From assembly GCA_965648905.1 (NCBI GenBank), contig CBFGIT010000001.1, forward strand, positions 128,001 through 192,000: DNA of 64,000 bases, in the 5' to 3' direction. Numbering within the stretch: position 1 is the stretch's first letter; each line of letters begins with the position of its first letter. This stretch comes from a candidate division WOR-3 bacterium. GTDB lineage: Bacteria > Hydrothermota > Tepidihabitantia > Tepidihabitantales > Tepidihabitantaceae. Shown one piece after another: positions 48,988 to 57,456 of the stretch. The notes beneath the pieces are model-generated. The model did no database searches. It worked only from the letters and a program-made list of their open reading frames with translations, and was not told the origin of the DNA. Made by a program: the position numbers and the translations under genes.

Positions 48988-51930
48988 ATGAACGAACTGC
49001 TCGCCTGTTTCTCCCGCGTAACCGCGTTCCGGCCGCTGCTCGACCAGCTCAAAGCCGGCGCGAGCGTGACCGTCCGGGGCGCAGCCGGTCCTGCGGCCGC
49101 GCTGCTGGCGACCCAAACCACCCGCGAACTGTCCCGACCAATTCTCCTCGTTACTGACCGCCTCGTCACGGCCCGCGCCGCGCTCGCCGACGTCCGCACG
49201 CTTGACCGGGCCATTCCGTGTCTTGCGTTCACCCCCGATACCCCGGGGTTCTTGGCGAACCTGAAACTGCTCGAGGCAAACGTCGCCGCAGTCGTCGTCA
49301 CCACGGTCGAACAACTAAACCAGCCTGCCCCCGCAATTGACGACTCCCAGTCCACGTGTCTTGCTCTGAGCCGGAGCGGCCCGCTTGCGCCTGACGACCT
49401 CCTTACCTGGCTTGAGGCCAACGGCTACGAGCGCACCGACCTCGTTACCGAACCGGGCGAGTACGCGGCCCGCGGCGGCATCGTTGACTGCTTTTCGGAA
49501 GACAGCCTTCTGCCTTTGCGCGTCGAGTTTGAGGGCGACAAGGTGCTCTCCTTGCGGACTTTCGACCCCCTGCTCCAGCGTTCAACCGGTCTGCTCGATG
49601 CCGCGAGTCTGGCGAGCCGGCGGGTTCCTGAACACTCGGACCAACCGGCCTCGTCCCTGCTGCCGTCCCATTTCGTGCTCATCGGTGAAGGCATCGATGT
49701 TGCGTGCTCTGCGGCTGCGATCCTCACTGGCGACGACCGGGCCGACTTTGACTTGGGCCTCGAACCCGCGCCGGTGTTCCTCGGCAATCTCGACCTACTG
49801 CGCCGCACGATGCAGGAATCAGACCACGAGTACATCATTGCTGCGAGCAACGACCAGCAGCGGGACCGGCTGCGCGGGCTCCTGGGTGACCGGCCCCGGT
49901 TTCTGGTTGCGCCGCTGAGCGCCGGGCTGACCAGCCCGGCCGGCCGCTTCACCGTACTCACCGAGCGCGAGCTCTACGGCTCGCCCGTCATCCGGCCGGT
50001 CCGGCACCGGTTCCAGGGCATCCCGATTGACAACGTTGTAGCACTCCGACCCGGCGACTACGTTGTTCATATTGATTACGGTGTCGGTCGGTTCATCGGC
50101 ACCCAGACCATTACCGACCACGGTATTGCCAAAGACTGCCTCGTCATCCAGTATGCCGGGACCGACCGGGTCTATGTCCCGGTCGAGAACATCGGCCTGC
50201 TCGACCGGTTTGTCGGCGGCGACGATTCGGCCCCGGCGCTCGACCGGCTCGGCTCACGCGCCTGGCTTGAGGCCAAGGCCCGGGCGGCCCGCGCCAGTGC
50301 CGAGTACGCCCGGGAACTGCTTGAAACCTATGCCCGCCGCGCCGCAGCCCGGGGCACGGCGTTCGGGCCTGCAACCGAATGGCTGACCGAGCTTGAAGCA
50401 TCGTTCCCCTTCACCGAAACCGAGGACCAGCGTCGGGCACTTGCTGACGTCAGCCGCGACATGGGTCAGTCCCGACCCATGGACCGGCTGGTCTGCGGCG
50501 ACGTCGGCTATGGCAAGACCGAAATCGCGATCCGTGCCGCACTCCGGACCGTGGCCGGAGCAAAACAGGTCGCGCTGCTTGCTCCCACGACGATCCTCTG
50601 CTACCAGCACTACGTGACGTTCCGCCGCCGCCTGGCCCGGTTTCCGGTTCGGGTCGAAATGCTCTCCCGGTTGACTCCGCCCCGGCGCCAGACCGAGGTC
50701 TGTGCCGGTCTTGCCTCGGGTGTCGTTGACATCGTCATTGGTACGCACCAGTTGCTCAGCAGCCGCGTCCGCTTCCGTGACCTCGGGCTCCTGGTCATCG
50801 ACGAGGAGCAGAAGTTCGGCGTGCGGCAGAAAGAACGGATCAAGGCGCTCAAGGCCGGAGTTGACGTCCTGACCCTGACCGCGACCCCGATTCCGCGCAC
50901 GCTCTACATGGGCCTGGCCGGCCTGCGCGACGTCTCCCAGATCAACACCCCACCTGCGGGCCGGCGCGAGGTGGCGACCGAAGTCGCTGTTTGGGATGAC
51001 CGTCTGATTCGGGAATATGTCCAGCGCGAGCTCGGCCGGAGTGGCCAGGTGTTCTTTGTCCACAACGAGATCGCCTCGATTCAGGCCGTGGCCGACCGGC
51101 TCAGCCGGCTCCTGCCCGAGGTGAACCTTGCCCTGGCTCATGGCCGGATGAGCGCGCGCCGGCTGGCTGATATCTACCTGGCATTCGCTGCCGGTGAGCA
51201 CCAAGTGCTGCTCTCAACCGCGATAATCGAATCCGGACTCGACATGCCCAACGTCAACACCATTATCGTCAACCGGGCTGACCGGTTCGGCCTGGCTGAC
51301 CTCCATCAACTGCGCGGCCGGGTCGGCCGGGCTCAGGAACAGGCGTATGCGCTGTTTCTGGTTCCGGCCCGGCACGAGGTCACGCCCGACGCGCGCCAGC
51401 GGCTCTCCGCGCTTCTTGCTTATTCCCGGCTTGGGTCTGGTTTCAAGCTTGCCCTGCGCGACATGGAAATCAGAGGCGTCGGCAGCCTGCTCGGCACAGA
51501 ACAGCACGGCCACGTTGCCCGGGTCGGCTTCAACCTGTACACCCAGATGCTCAAAGAGGCGGTCGCCCGACTGAAAGGTGAACCGGTCGCGCCCGAACCT
51601 GAACTGAAGCTCGACATGCCGGCCCGCATTCCTGACTCCTACATCAGCGACTCGTTCGAGCGCGTCGCGGTCTACAAGAGGCTGCTCAGCGTCGAGACTG
51701 AGACTGAACTGACCGAGCTGAAGACCGAGATGATTGACCGGTTCGGCCGCTATCCCGCTGAGGTCGAGCCGCTGTTCCAGGTTGCGCTGGTGCGCGTGCG
51801 GGCGCGAAAGCTCGACCTGCTCAAAGTCACGCTCCAGGGCGAGCGAATCACTCTGGTCGGCCCGGACCGTACCGAAACGCTGGCCGGTGGTATCGAGACG
51901 CTGCTCGAACGGCTAGCCCGGCCGGTGTAG
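48988..51930 (+). CDS. mfd: Transcription-repair coupling factor
   Basis: RGGIVD, VVHIDYGVGRF, CGDVGYGKTE, IDEEQKFG, QLRGRVGR, DMEIRG, TRCF C-terminus. Confidence 0.93.
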   Translation: MNELLACFSRVTAFRPLLDQLKAGASVTVRGAAGPAAALLATQTTRELSRPILLVTDRLVTARAALADVRTLDRAIPCLAFTPDTPGFLANLKLLEANVAAVVVTTVEQLNQPAPAIDDSQSTCLALSRSGPLAPDDLLTWLEANGYERTDLVTEPGEYAARGGIVDCFSEDSLLPLRVEFEGDKVLSLRTFDPLLQRSTGLLDAASLASRRVPEHSDQPASSLLPSHFVLIGEGIDVACSAAAILTGDDRADFDLGLEPAPVFLGNLDLLRRTMQESDHEYIIAASNDQQRDRLRGLLGDRPRFLVAPLSAGLTSPAGRFTVLTERELYGSPVIRPVRHRFQGIPIDNVVALRPGDYVVHIDYGVGRFIGTQTITDHGIAKDCLVIQYAGTDRVYVPVENIGLLDRFVGGDDSAPALDRLGSRAWLEAKARAARASAEYARELLETYARRAAARGTAFGPATEWLTELEASFPFTETEDQRRALADVSRDMGQSRPMDRLVCGDVGYGKTEIAIRAALRTVAGAKQVALLAPTTILCYQHYVTFRRRLARFPVRVEMLSRLTPPRRQTEVCAGLASGVVDIVIGTHQLLSSRVRFRDLGLLVIDEEQKFGVRQKERIKALKAGVDVLTLTATPIPRTLYMGLAGLRDVSQINTPPAGRREVATEVAVWDDRLIREYVQRELGRSGQVFFVHNEIASIQAVADRLSRLLPEVNLALAHGRMSARRLADIYLAFAAGEHQVLLSTAIIESGLDMPNVNTIIVNRADRFGLADLHQLRGRVGRAQEQAYALFLVPARHEVTPDARQRLSALLAYSRLGSGFKLALRDMEIRGVGSLLGTEQHGHVARVGFNLYTQMLKEAVARLKGEPVAPEPELKLDMPARIPDSYISDSFERVAVYKRLLSVETETELTELKTEMIDRFGRYPAEVEPLFQVALVRVRARKLDLLKVTLQGERITLVGPDRTETLAGGIETLLERLARPV

Positions 51931-52338
51931 ATCAGTCACCTCGACCCGCCGTCCGTCTGCCTCGACCGTAAGTACAACCCGGATGGCAGTGCCGGGCAGC
52001 AGGTCTCCGGCCCGCTCGGCCCATTCGACAAGACAGATCCCCTCGCTCCCAAGATAGTAATCGAGCCCGACTGTTTCGCAGTCTTCCCGGGTTGCCAGCC
52101 GGTACAGGTCAATGTGATAGACCGGTAGCCCTCCCTGGTACTCGCTGACAATGACGAACGACGGACTCCGTACCGGCTCAGTGACGCCGAGGCCCGCACA
52201 GATTCCCTTAATCATCGTGGTCTTGCCGCTGCCCAGCTCGCCCGAGAAAGCCACCACGTCTCCGGGCCGGAGCTGACGAGCAAGAGTGCGGCCGAGCTCA
52301 ACCGTCTCGGCCGCACTCGAGGTTCTGTAAGTCGGCAA
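51913..52338 (-). CDS. tsaE: tRNA t6A biosynthesis ATPase
   Basis: GELGSGKTT, VRSPSF, YHIDLYRL, LVEWAE. Confidence 0.93.
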   Translation of the reverse strand: MPTYRTSSAAETVELGRTLARQLRPGDVVAFSGELGSGKTTMIKGICAGLGVTEPVRSPSFVIVSEYQGGLPVYHIDLYRLATREDCETVGLDYYLGSEGICLVEWAERAGDLLPGTAIRVVLTVEADGRRVEVTDLHRPG

Positions 52339-52340
52339 GC

Positions 52341-53540
52341 CTACACGAGCTCGACGCTGATTGCGGTCGCCTCGCCGCCGCCCAGACAGGCAGTTGCCAG
52401 GCCGGTCTTCAGGCCCCGGTCTTTCAGGGCATAGACTAAGGACACGATAATCCGCGCCCCAGAACAGCCGATTGGGTGTCCAAGCGCAATCGCGCCGCCG
52501 TTGACGTTCACCTTGTCCCAGTTCCAGCCCAGCTCCTTGCCGTCAGCCCGAGTCTGAGAAGCAAAGGCTTCGTTGATTTCAATCAGGTCAAAGTGGTCAA
52601 TCCCGACACCCTGAACCTTGAGCAGATTACGCACCGCCTTGATCGGTGCGTAGAAGAGCATCTTCGGCTCAACACTGCCTGTGGCATAGGCGACAATCCG
52701 AGCCAGCGGTTTCAGTCCGGCCTGCTTCACGTACTCGCCCCCGGCAATCACCACTGCGGCCCCGCCGTCATTGATAGACGACGCATTGCCTGCTGTGACC
52801 GTGCCGTCCTTGGTGAACACCGGCTTCAGACTTGCCAGCTTCTCCAAGGTCGTGTCCGCACGCGGCCCCTCATCGGTGTCGATGACAATCGGGTCGCCCT
52901 TGCGCTGAGGAATCAGCACCGGCGCAATTTCCGCCTTGAACTTGCCGGCCTTGATTGCGGCCGAAGCCTTGGCATGACTGCCTGCAGCCCACTTGTCCTG
53001 TTCCTCGCGGCTTATCCCGGAGTTGCTGGCGGTGAAGTCGCCAAGTGCGCCCATGTGGACGTCGCCGAAAAAGTCCCAGATGCCGTCGTAGACCATGCCA
53101 TCCTGGAGCTTCGCGTCGCCCATCTTGTTACCCGCTCTCAAGGTCTTCAGGTAATAAGGCACGTTCGACATCGACTCCTGACCGCCGGCAACAATCAGCC
53201 GGGCATCTCCGGCCTTGATTTGCTGGCAGCCCAGTGCCACGGCAATCATGCCTGAGCCGCAGACCTTGTTCACGGTCAGCGCCGGTATCTCGGGCGACAA
53301 CCCGGCATACTTGACTGCGGCCTGGCGGGCCGGAGCCTGGCCGATGCCGGCCGGACAGACATTGCCCATGATCACGCCGTCAATCTCCTCCGGCTTCACG
53401 CCTGAACGCTCGACCGCGGCCTTGATTGCTGCTCCGCCCAGCTCCGGCGCACGCAGCGACGAAAGTCCGCCCAAGAACCGACCGATTGGCGTCCGGGCCG
53501 CGCCAACGATGAATGTATCCTTTGCCTTACCTATGGTCAT
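52341..53540 (-). CDS. Acetyl-CoA acetyltransferase (thiolase)
   Basis: [28 protein letters not shown]. Confidence 0.95.
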   Translation of the reverse strand: MTIGKAKDTFIVGAARTPIGRFLGGLSSLRAPELGGAAIKAAVERSGVKPEEIDGVIMGNVCPAGIGQAPARQAAVKYAGLSPEIPALTVNKVCGSGMIAVALGCQQIKAGDARLIVAGGQESMSNVPYYLKTLRAGNKMGDAKLQDGMVYDGIWDFFGDVHMGALGDFTASNSGISREEQDKWAAGSHAKASAAIKAGKFKAEIAPVLIPQRKGDPIVIDTDEGPRADTTLEKLASLKPVFTKDGTVTAGNASSINDGGAAVVIAGGEYVKQAGLKPLARIVAYATGSVEPKMLFYAPIKAVRNLLKVQGVGIDHFDLIEINEAFASQTRADGKELGWNWDKVNVNGGAIALGHPIGCSGARIIVSLVYALKDRGLKTGLATACLGGGEATAISVELV

Positions 53541-53543
53541 TGG

Positions 53544-54326
53544 TTACTCCTTTGCCGGCTTCCAATCCGGCTTGCGCTTCTCCAAGAAGGCCCGGGTCCC
53601 TTCGGCCGGCTCACCGGACGAGAAACAGACGCCAAAGGCCTCGATTTCAAATGCATTGCCTGTGTTCAAATCAGTGTCAAGCCCGCGGTTGATACAGGTC
53701 TTGGCAAGCCTGACCGCAACCGGGCCTTTGCTTGCTATTTTCTGAGCCAGCTCGGTCACAGTTGCAATCAGCTTGTCTGCAGGCACGACCATGTTCGCAA
53801 GACCGATGCGCAGCGCCTCAGCCGCATCAACCGGGTCGGCGGTGAAGATGAGCTCCTTGGCCTTGCCTGGTCCGACCAGCCGGGCCAGGCGCTGAGTCCC
53901 GCCGAACCCGGGCAAGAGTCCCAAGTTCACCTCAGGCTGGCCGATTTTCGCAGTATCAGCCAGAACCCGGATATCGCAGGCGAGTGCAACCTCGCAACCG
54001 CCGCCCAGAGCAAAACCGTTTACGGCAGCAATCACCGGCTTCTCAATACCAGCGACCTTGGCCAGAGCCCGGTGCCCGTTCTGGGCAAACACCCGGGCCT
54101 CAAGCGGGCTGAAGTTCGACATCTCCGCAATGTCCGCACCGGCAACAAACGTCCGGCCCTCGCCGGTGAGAACAATGACTCTGACGTCGTCCTGAGTAGC
54201 AAACCGGTCAAATGCCCGCTCAATCTCCAGGACGACTTCGGTGTTGAGTGCGTTCACCGGCGGCCGGTTGAACTTAAGCCAGCCGATGCCGTCGGCCTTA
54301 CTGACAATCAGATGTTTGTAATCCAA
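53544..54326 (-). CDS. Enoyl-CoA hydratase (crotonase)
   Basis: FVAGADI, GFALGGGCE, GQPEVNLG..PGFGGTQRL. TTG 54326 with GGAGG; own promoter TTGACC-N17-TATAGT at 54382-54354. Confidence 0.92.
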   Translation of the reverse strand: MDYKHLIVSKADGIGWLKFNRPPVNALNTEVVLEIERAFDRFATQDDVRVIVLTGEGRTFVAGADIAEMSNFSPLEARVFAQNGHRALAKVAGIEKPVIAAVNGFALGGGCEVALACDIRVLADTAKIGQPEVNLGLLPGFGGTQRLARLVGPGKAKELIFTADPVDAAEALRIGLANMVVPADKLIATVTELAQKIASKGPVAVRLAKTCINRGLDTDLNTGNAFEIEAFGVCFSSGEPAEGTRAFLEKRKPDWKPAKE

Positions 54327-54414
54327 AGAACCTCCGGGTCTAGCTTGTTCCTGACTATAGGTGAAGCCGGCGCACCGGTCAAGCATCGCGCAGCCCGGCT
54401 CCACCACAGACCGA

Positions 54415-54442
54415 GGCGGCAGAGCGCAGCCGCCCTGCCGCC
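54415..54442 (-). terminator. GC-rich hairpin downstream of the 124-aa gene
   Basis: GGCGGCAGGGCG-GCTG-CGCTCTGCCGCC; no clear U tract. Confidence 0.45.
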
Positions 54443-54459
54443 GGTCCTGCTCTTCTGCC

Positions 54460-54834
54460 TTACGGACTCGAAGGCGGCGCGATGTTGAACACGCCGGTGC
54501 GGATGGTTTCGAGCACGCTCCGCGCGAGACCGCGTGCCACCCACTTCACAATGAGCAGCTCAGCCTCAATCGCGGCCGACTCGCCCGACATCCCGTTCCG
54601 GATAATCCGGAACAGCTCGCGCCCGAACGCGAGATAGTTCGCGTACTGCGCGACCGAGACGCCGGCCAAATCCAGCACCTGCTTCACCTCCAGCTCCATC
54701 GCGGCAATCAGGGGAAACACTGCCTGCACGTTAGCCAGCATGGCCGGACGCATCTCGTCCAGCACTGCCTTCACGCGCTCGGTATTGAACTTGGTGTTCC
54801 ACCGCGCGATGCGCTTACCAGGGTCGATCGGCAT
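54460..54834 (-). CDS. 124-aa helical protein resembling the rudivirus (SIRV-type) major capsid protein
   Basis: AAGGAGGTGA RBS; motifs RIARWNTKFN, VKQVLDLAGV, YLAFGREL, SG, VLETI are colinear with the SIRV capsid protein as recalled from memory. Confidence 0.65.
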   Translation of the reverse strand: MPIDPGKRIARWNTKFNTERVKAVLDEMRPAMLANVQAVFPLIAAMELEVKQVLDLAGVSVAQYANYLAFGRELFRIIRNGMSGESAAIEAELLIVKWVARGLARSVLETIRTGVFNIAPPSSP

Positions 54835-55192
54835 ACTTAGTCACCTCCTTTCTCAGCAGTTGCCGACCCCGCAGGCGCAGCACCGGGCTTCGGGCTGCCT
54901 CAGTCCCGGTGTCGCGCCGCGGGCATCCCGTCCTTCCCGAATGAGAAAGAACAGTGGTCGAGGTACGTTGCCCTCGCCCTCACTCTGTTATACGGTTCCC
55001 GTGTCCGGACTTGCCGGAGAAAATAGGCCGTCACACCGAGCCACCCGCGCTCCGTTTCCCGCACCGGCCCGCTTCCTTCACCGAAGAAGCTTCGACCAAC
55101 CCAGCAGGACAGTCCTCGATCGCCAGTTCGGCGTGACTTGACACGGCTCGGTTCTCAGGCTACAACTTACTCATCCGGAAAAGGAGAAAAGC

Positions 55193-55417
55193 GTGACCAG
55201 TTTCAAGATCATCGTCGAGAAGCATGCAGACGGCTATGTTGCCTACCCGCTCGGTTTCAAAGGTGTCGTAGTCGGCGAGGGCGACACCTATGAGGCGGCG
55301 CTGGCCGACGTGAAGTCGGCGATACGGTTTCACCTGGAAACGTTCGGCAAGGACGCTGTTGACGCCGATGGGCCGATCCTTGAAGCCTACCTGACCGAGA
55401 CGGCTGTGGCCGTCTGA
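55193..55417 (+). CDS. hicB: HicB-family antitoxin (short)
   Basis: [13 protein letters not shown]...[26 protein letters not shown]; promoter TTGACA-N17-TACAAC at 55138-55166. Confidence 0.85.
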   Translation: MTSFKIIVEKHADGYVAYPLGFKGVVVGEGDTYEAALADVKSAIRFHLETFGKDAVDADGPILEAYLTETAVAV

Positions 55418-55656
55418 TGTCCAAGTTTCCGGTCGATGCCCCGAAAGCGCGGGTGCTGAGTGCGTTCCGCGCCCTCGGATTCACCCTGGTGCGCGAACAG
55501 GAGCATATCGGCATGGTCCGCGAGAACCCGGACGGCACGCGTACACCACTCACCATGCCGAATCACCCCAACATCAAGGCATCGACCCTGCGGACCATCT
55601 GCACGCAGGCCGGCATCAAGCGAGAGGACTTTCTCGCCGCCTACACACGCACCTGA
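55417..55656 (+). CDS. hicA: HicA-family toxin
   Basis: [13 protein letters not shown]...[25 protein letters not shown] overlap with hicB. Confidence 0.85.
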   Translation: MSKFPVDAPKARVLSAFRALGFTLVREQEHIGMVRENPDGTRTPLTMPNHPNIKASTLRTICTQAGIKREDFLAAYTRT

Positions 55657-55743
55657 CCGCCCGCACCGCAGGGCGCTACGCGGCTCGCCATCTGCCAGTC
55701 GCCGCGGCCGTTCGATTCCGCATCATGGTTTCCGGGTTCCGGG

Positions 55744-56343
55744 CTATCCTTCGCGTGCCTGGAGCGTAACTCCGCGTCTCTTCAGCCGCCGCCGCAACTG
55801 AGCAATCGCCTTATCGCGCCGCCGCCGGACACTGCCCACGCTCATGCCCATAGCAGTGGCCGTGGCGGCAAAACTCCAACCCGCAAGGTCATGGTACATC
55901 ATGGTCAACCTGCCTTCCTTGTCCAAAGCCGCGAACTCCTGCTGCACGAACTCGTCTCTCTGCTGCTGTTCATGAAGCTCCTCTGGACCCGGCACTGCCG
56001 GCACATACTGCGCGTGCAGGTTTTCATCAAAACCGGTGAACCGCGGGCCATGCCAGTCAGCAAGGACCTGGCTGGCAACCCGGCGCGACTGCCAGTTGAG
56101 CCAGGTCTGAAACGAAGCCCGGCCCGGGTCAAACTGAGCCAGCCGCTCAATTGCACGCTCGTGAGTCCGAATCGCGACCTCATCAATGAAATCTCGGCCA
56201 AGGTGTCCGTACCGCGAGCTGATGAACGAACGCAGCGCCTGGTCGCAGGAATTATAGATGGACGTGTACGCTTCAGCATCACCGGCAAGCACCTGCTGCA
56301 CAGCAATCCCGATATCAACTTCGCTCTTCCCACTTGCAGACAT
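55744..56343 (-). CDS. ECF-type sigma-70 factor-like protein
   Basis: VLAGDAEAY, FDPGRASFQTWL, region-4-like GWSFAATATAMGMSVGSVR. Confidence 0.7.
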   Translation of the reverse strand: MSASGKSEVDIGIAVQQVLAGDAEAYTSIYNSCDQALRSFISSRYGHLGRDFIDEVAIRTHERAIERLAQFDPGRASFQTWLNWQSRRVASQVLADWHGPRFTGFDENLHAQYVPAVPGPEELHEQQQRDEFVQQEFAALDKEGRLTMMYHDLAGWSFAATATAMGMSVGSVRRRRDKAIAQLRRRLKRRGVTLQAREG

Positions 56344-56996
56344 GATAAAACCCTTTCATCGCTGGCAGCACGCGCCGGTCATCCCGCATAAGCCCGGTCA
56401 AAATGGACACTTACCAGGACAACGGCCCCAAACAGGCAGAGGCCGCCCGGCCCCAATGGCCGGTCGCCGCGTTCTCCAGCGACTCGCCCATCGTACAAGA
56501 CCCTAAGCCTGAAATCAAGCCCAAACCGTAAGTCCGACAAGCATGATAACACATTACCAACAAGCAACTTACAACATGGCGCGAGCGCTTTTTGGTAAAC
56601 TTATGTTTACTGGGGGTGCCGACGGGGAACCGCGCTGCTGGTGCTCAACATCGGCCTACTTGACGTTGGCTCTTGCGTGCTGTGCGGTCATAGCAGATGA
56701 TACATAGCTTCGGCACGACACTTGAATCAGGTACTATGGTACCTGTGCCTCATTAGCTGCACGCTGATTCTGCGCTCAGGGGATAGTCAACGCAGCGTAG
56801 CCCCCCGAGCGCGCGGCACATTCGGGGTGTACGGCCAGCGGGCCCGCTTGACGGCGCCGACCAGCAATCGCCGTCCTGCACGCTGCCGCCCGCATCTTAT
56901 CCTTCCGCCGCTCGCCACCCGCCGCGGCAAGCCGTGGGTAACCTCAGCTTGACTTGCCCTGAACCCGGCCTATACTGCGACACCTATGAAGCCGCG

Positions 56997-57290
56997 GTGC
57001 AGGAGCGGAGCGCATCGGGGACACCCGAACAGCGAGCCCGCGAGAGAATCGACGAACTGCTTGAGGCAGCCGGCTGGGTCGTGCAGGACCAGCTTGAAAT
57101 GAACCTCGGAGCCGGTATCGGGGTGGCGGTACGCGAGTTTGCCCTTGACACCGGGGTCGCCGACTACCTGCTCTTCATCAACCGTGAAGCCTGCGGCGTC
57201 ATCGAAGCCAGGTCCGAAGGCGCGACGCTCAGCGGGGTATCCGACCAGACCGCGCTCTACCAGGCCGGCGTGCCCAAAAGGAACAGATGA
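56997..57290 (+). pseudogene. hsdR: N-terminal fragment of type I restriction subunit HsdR (EcoEI-like)
   Basis: TPEQRARERIDELLEAAGWVVQD...VAVREF...ADYLLF...GVIEA, then stop after about 100 aa. Confidence 0.8.
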
Positions 57291-57364
57291 CATGGCTGGA
57301 GATGATACGCGACCACATCGCCACGAGCCTGCGGGTCGAGATGAGCGACCTTGAGATCTCGCCC

Positions 57365-57453
57365 TTCCACGACAAAGGCGGCCCGGGCAGAGCGTATCAG
57401 ACATTCGGCAATGACCTCGACGGCCTGCTAAGGGAACTGAACGAGGTGTTCGC
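57365..57453 (+). repeat. hsdR 3'-end-like remnant, direct-repeat copy 1
   Basis: Encodes FHDKGGPGRAYQTFGNDLDGLLRELNEVFA; 70/89 nt identical (hand count, no gaps) to 59966-60054. Confidence 0.75.
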
Positions 57454-57456
57454 GCT

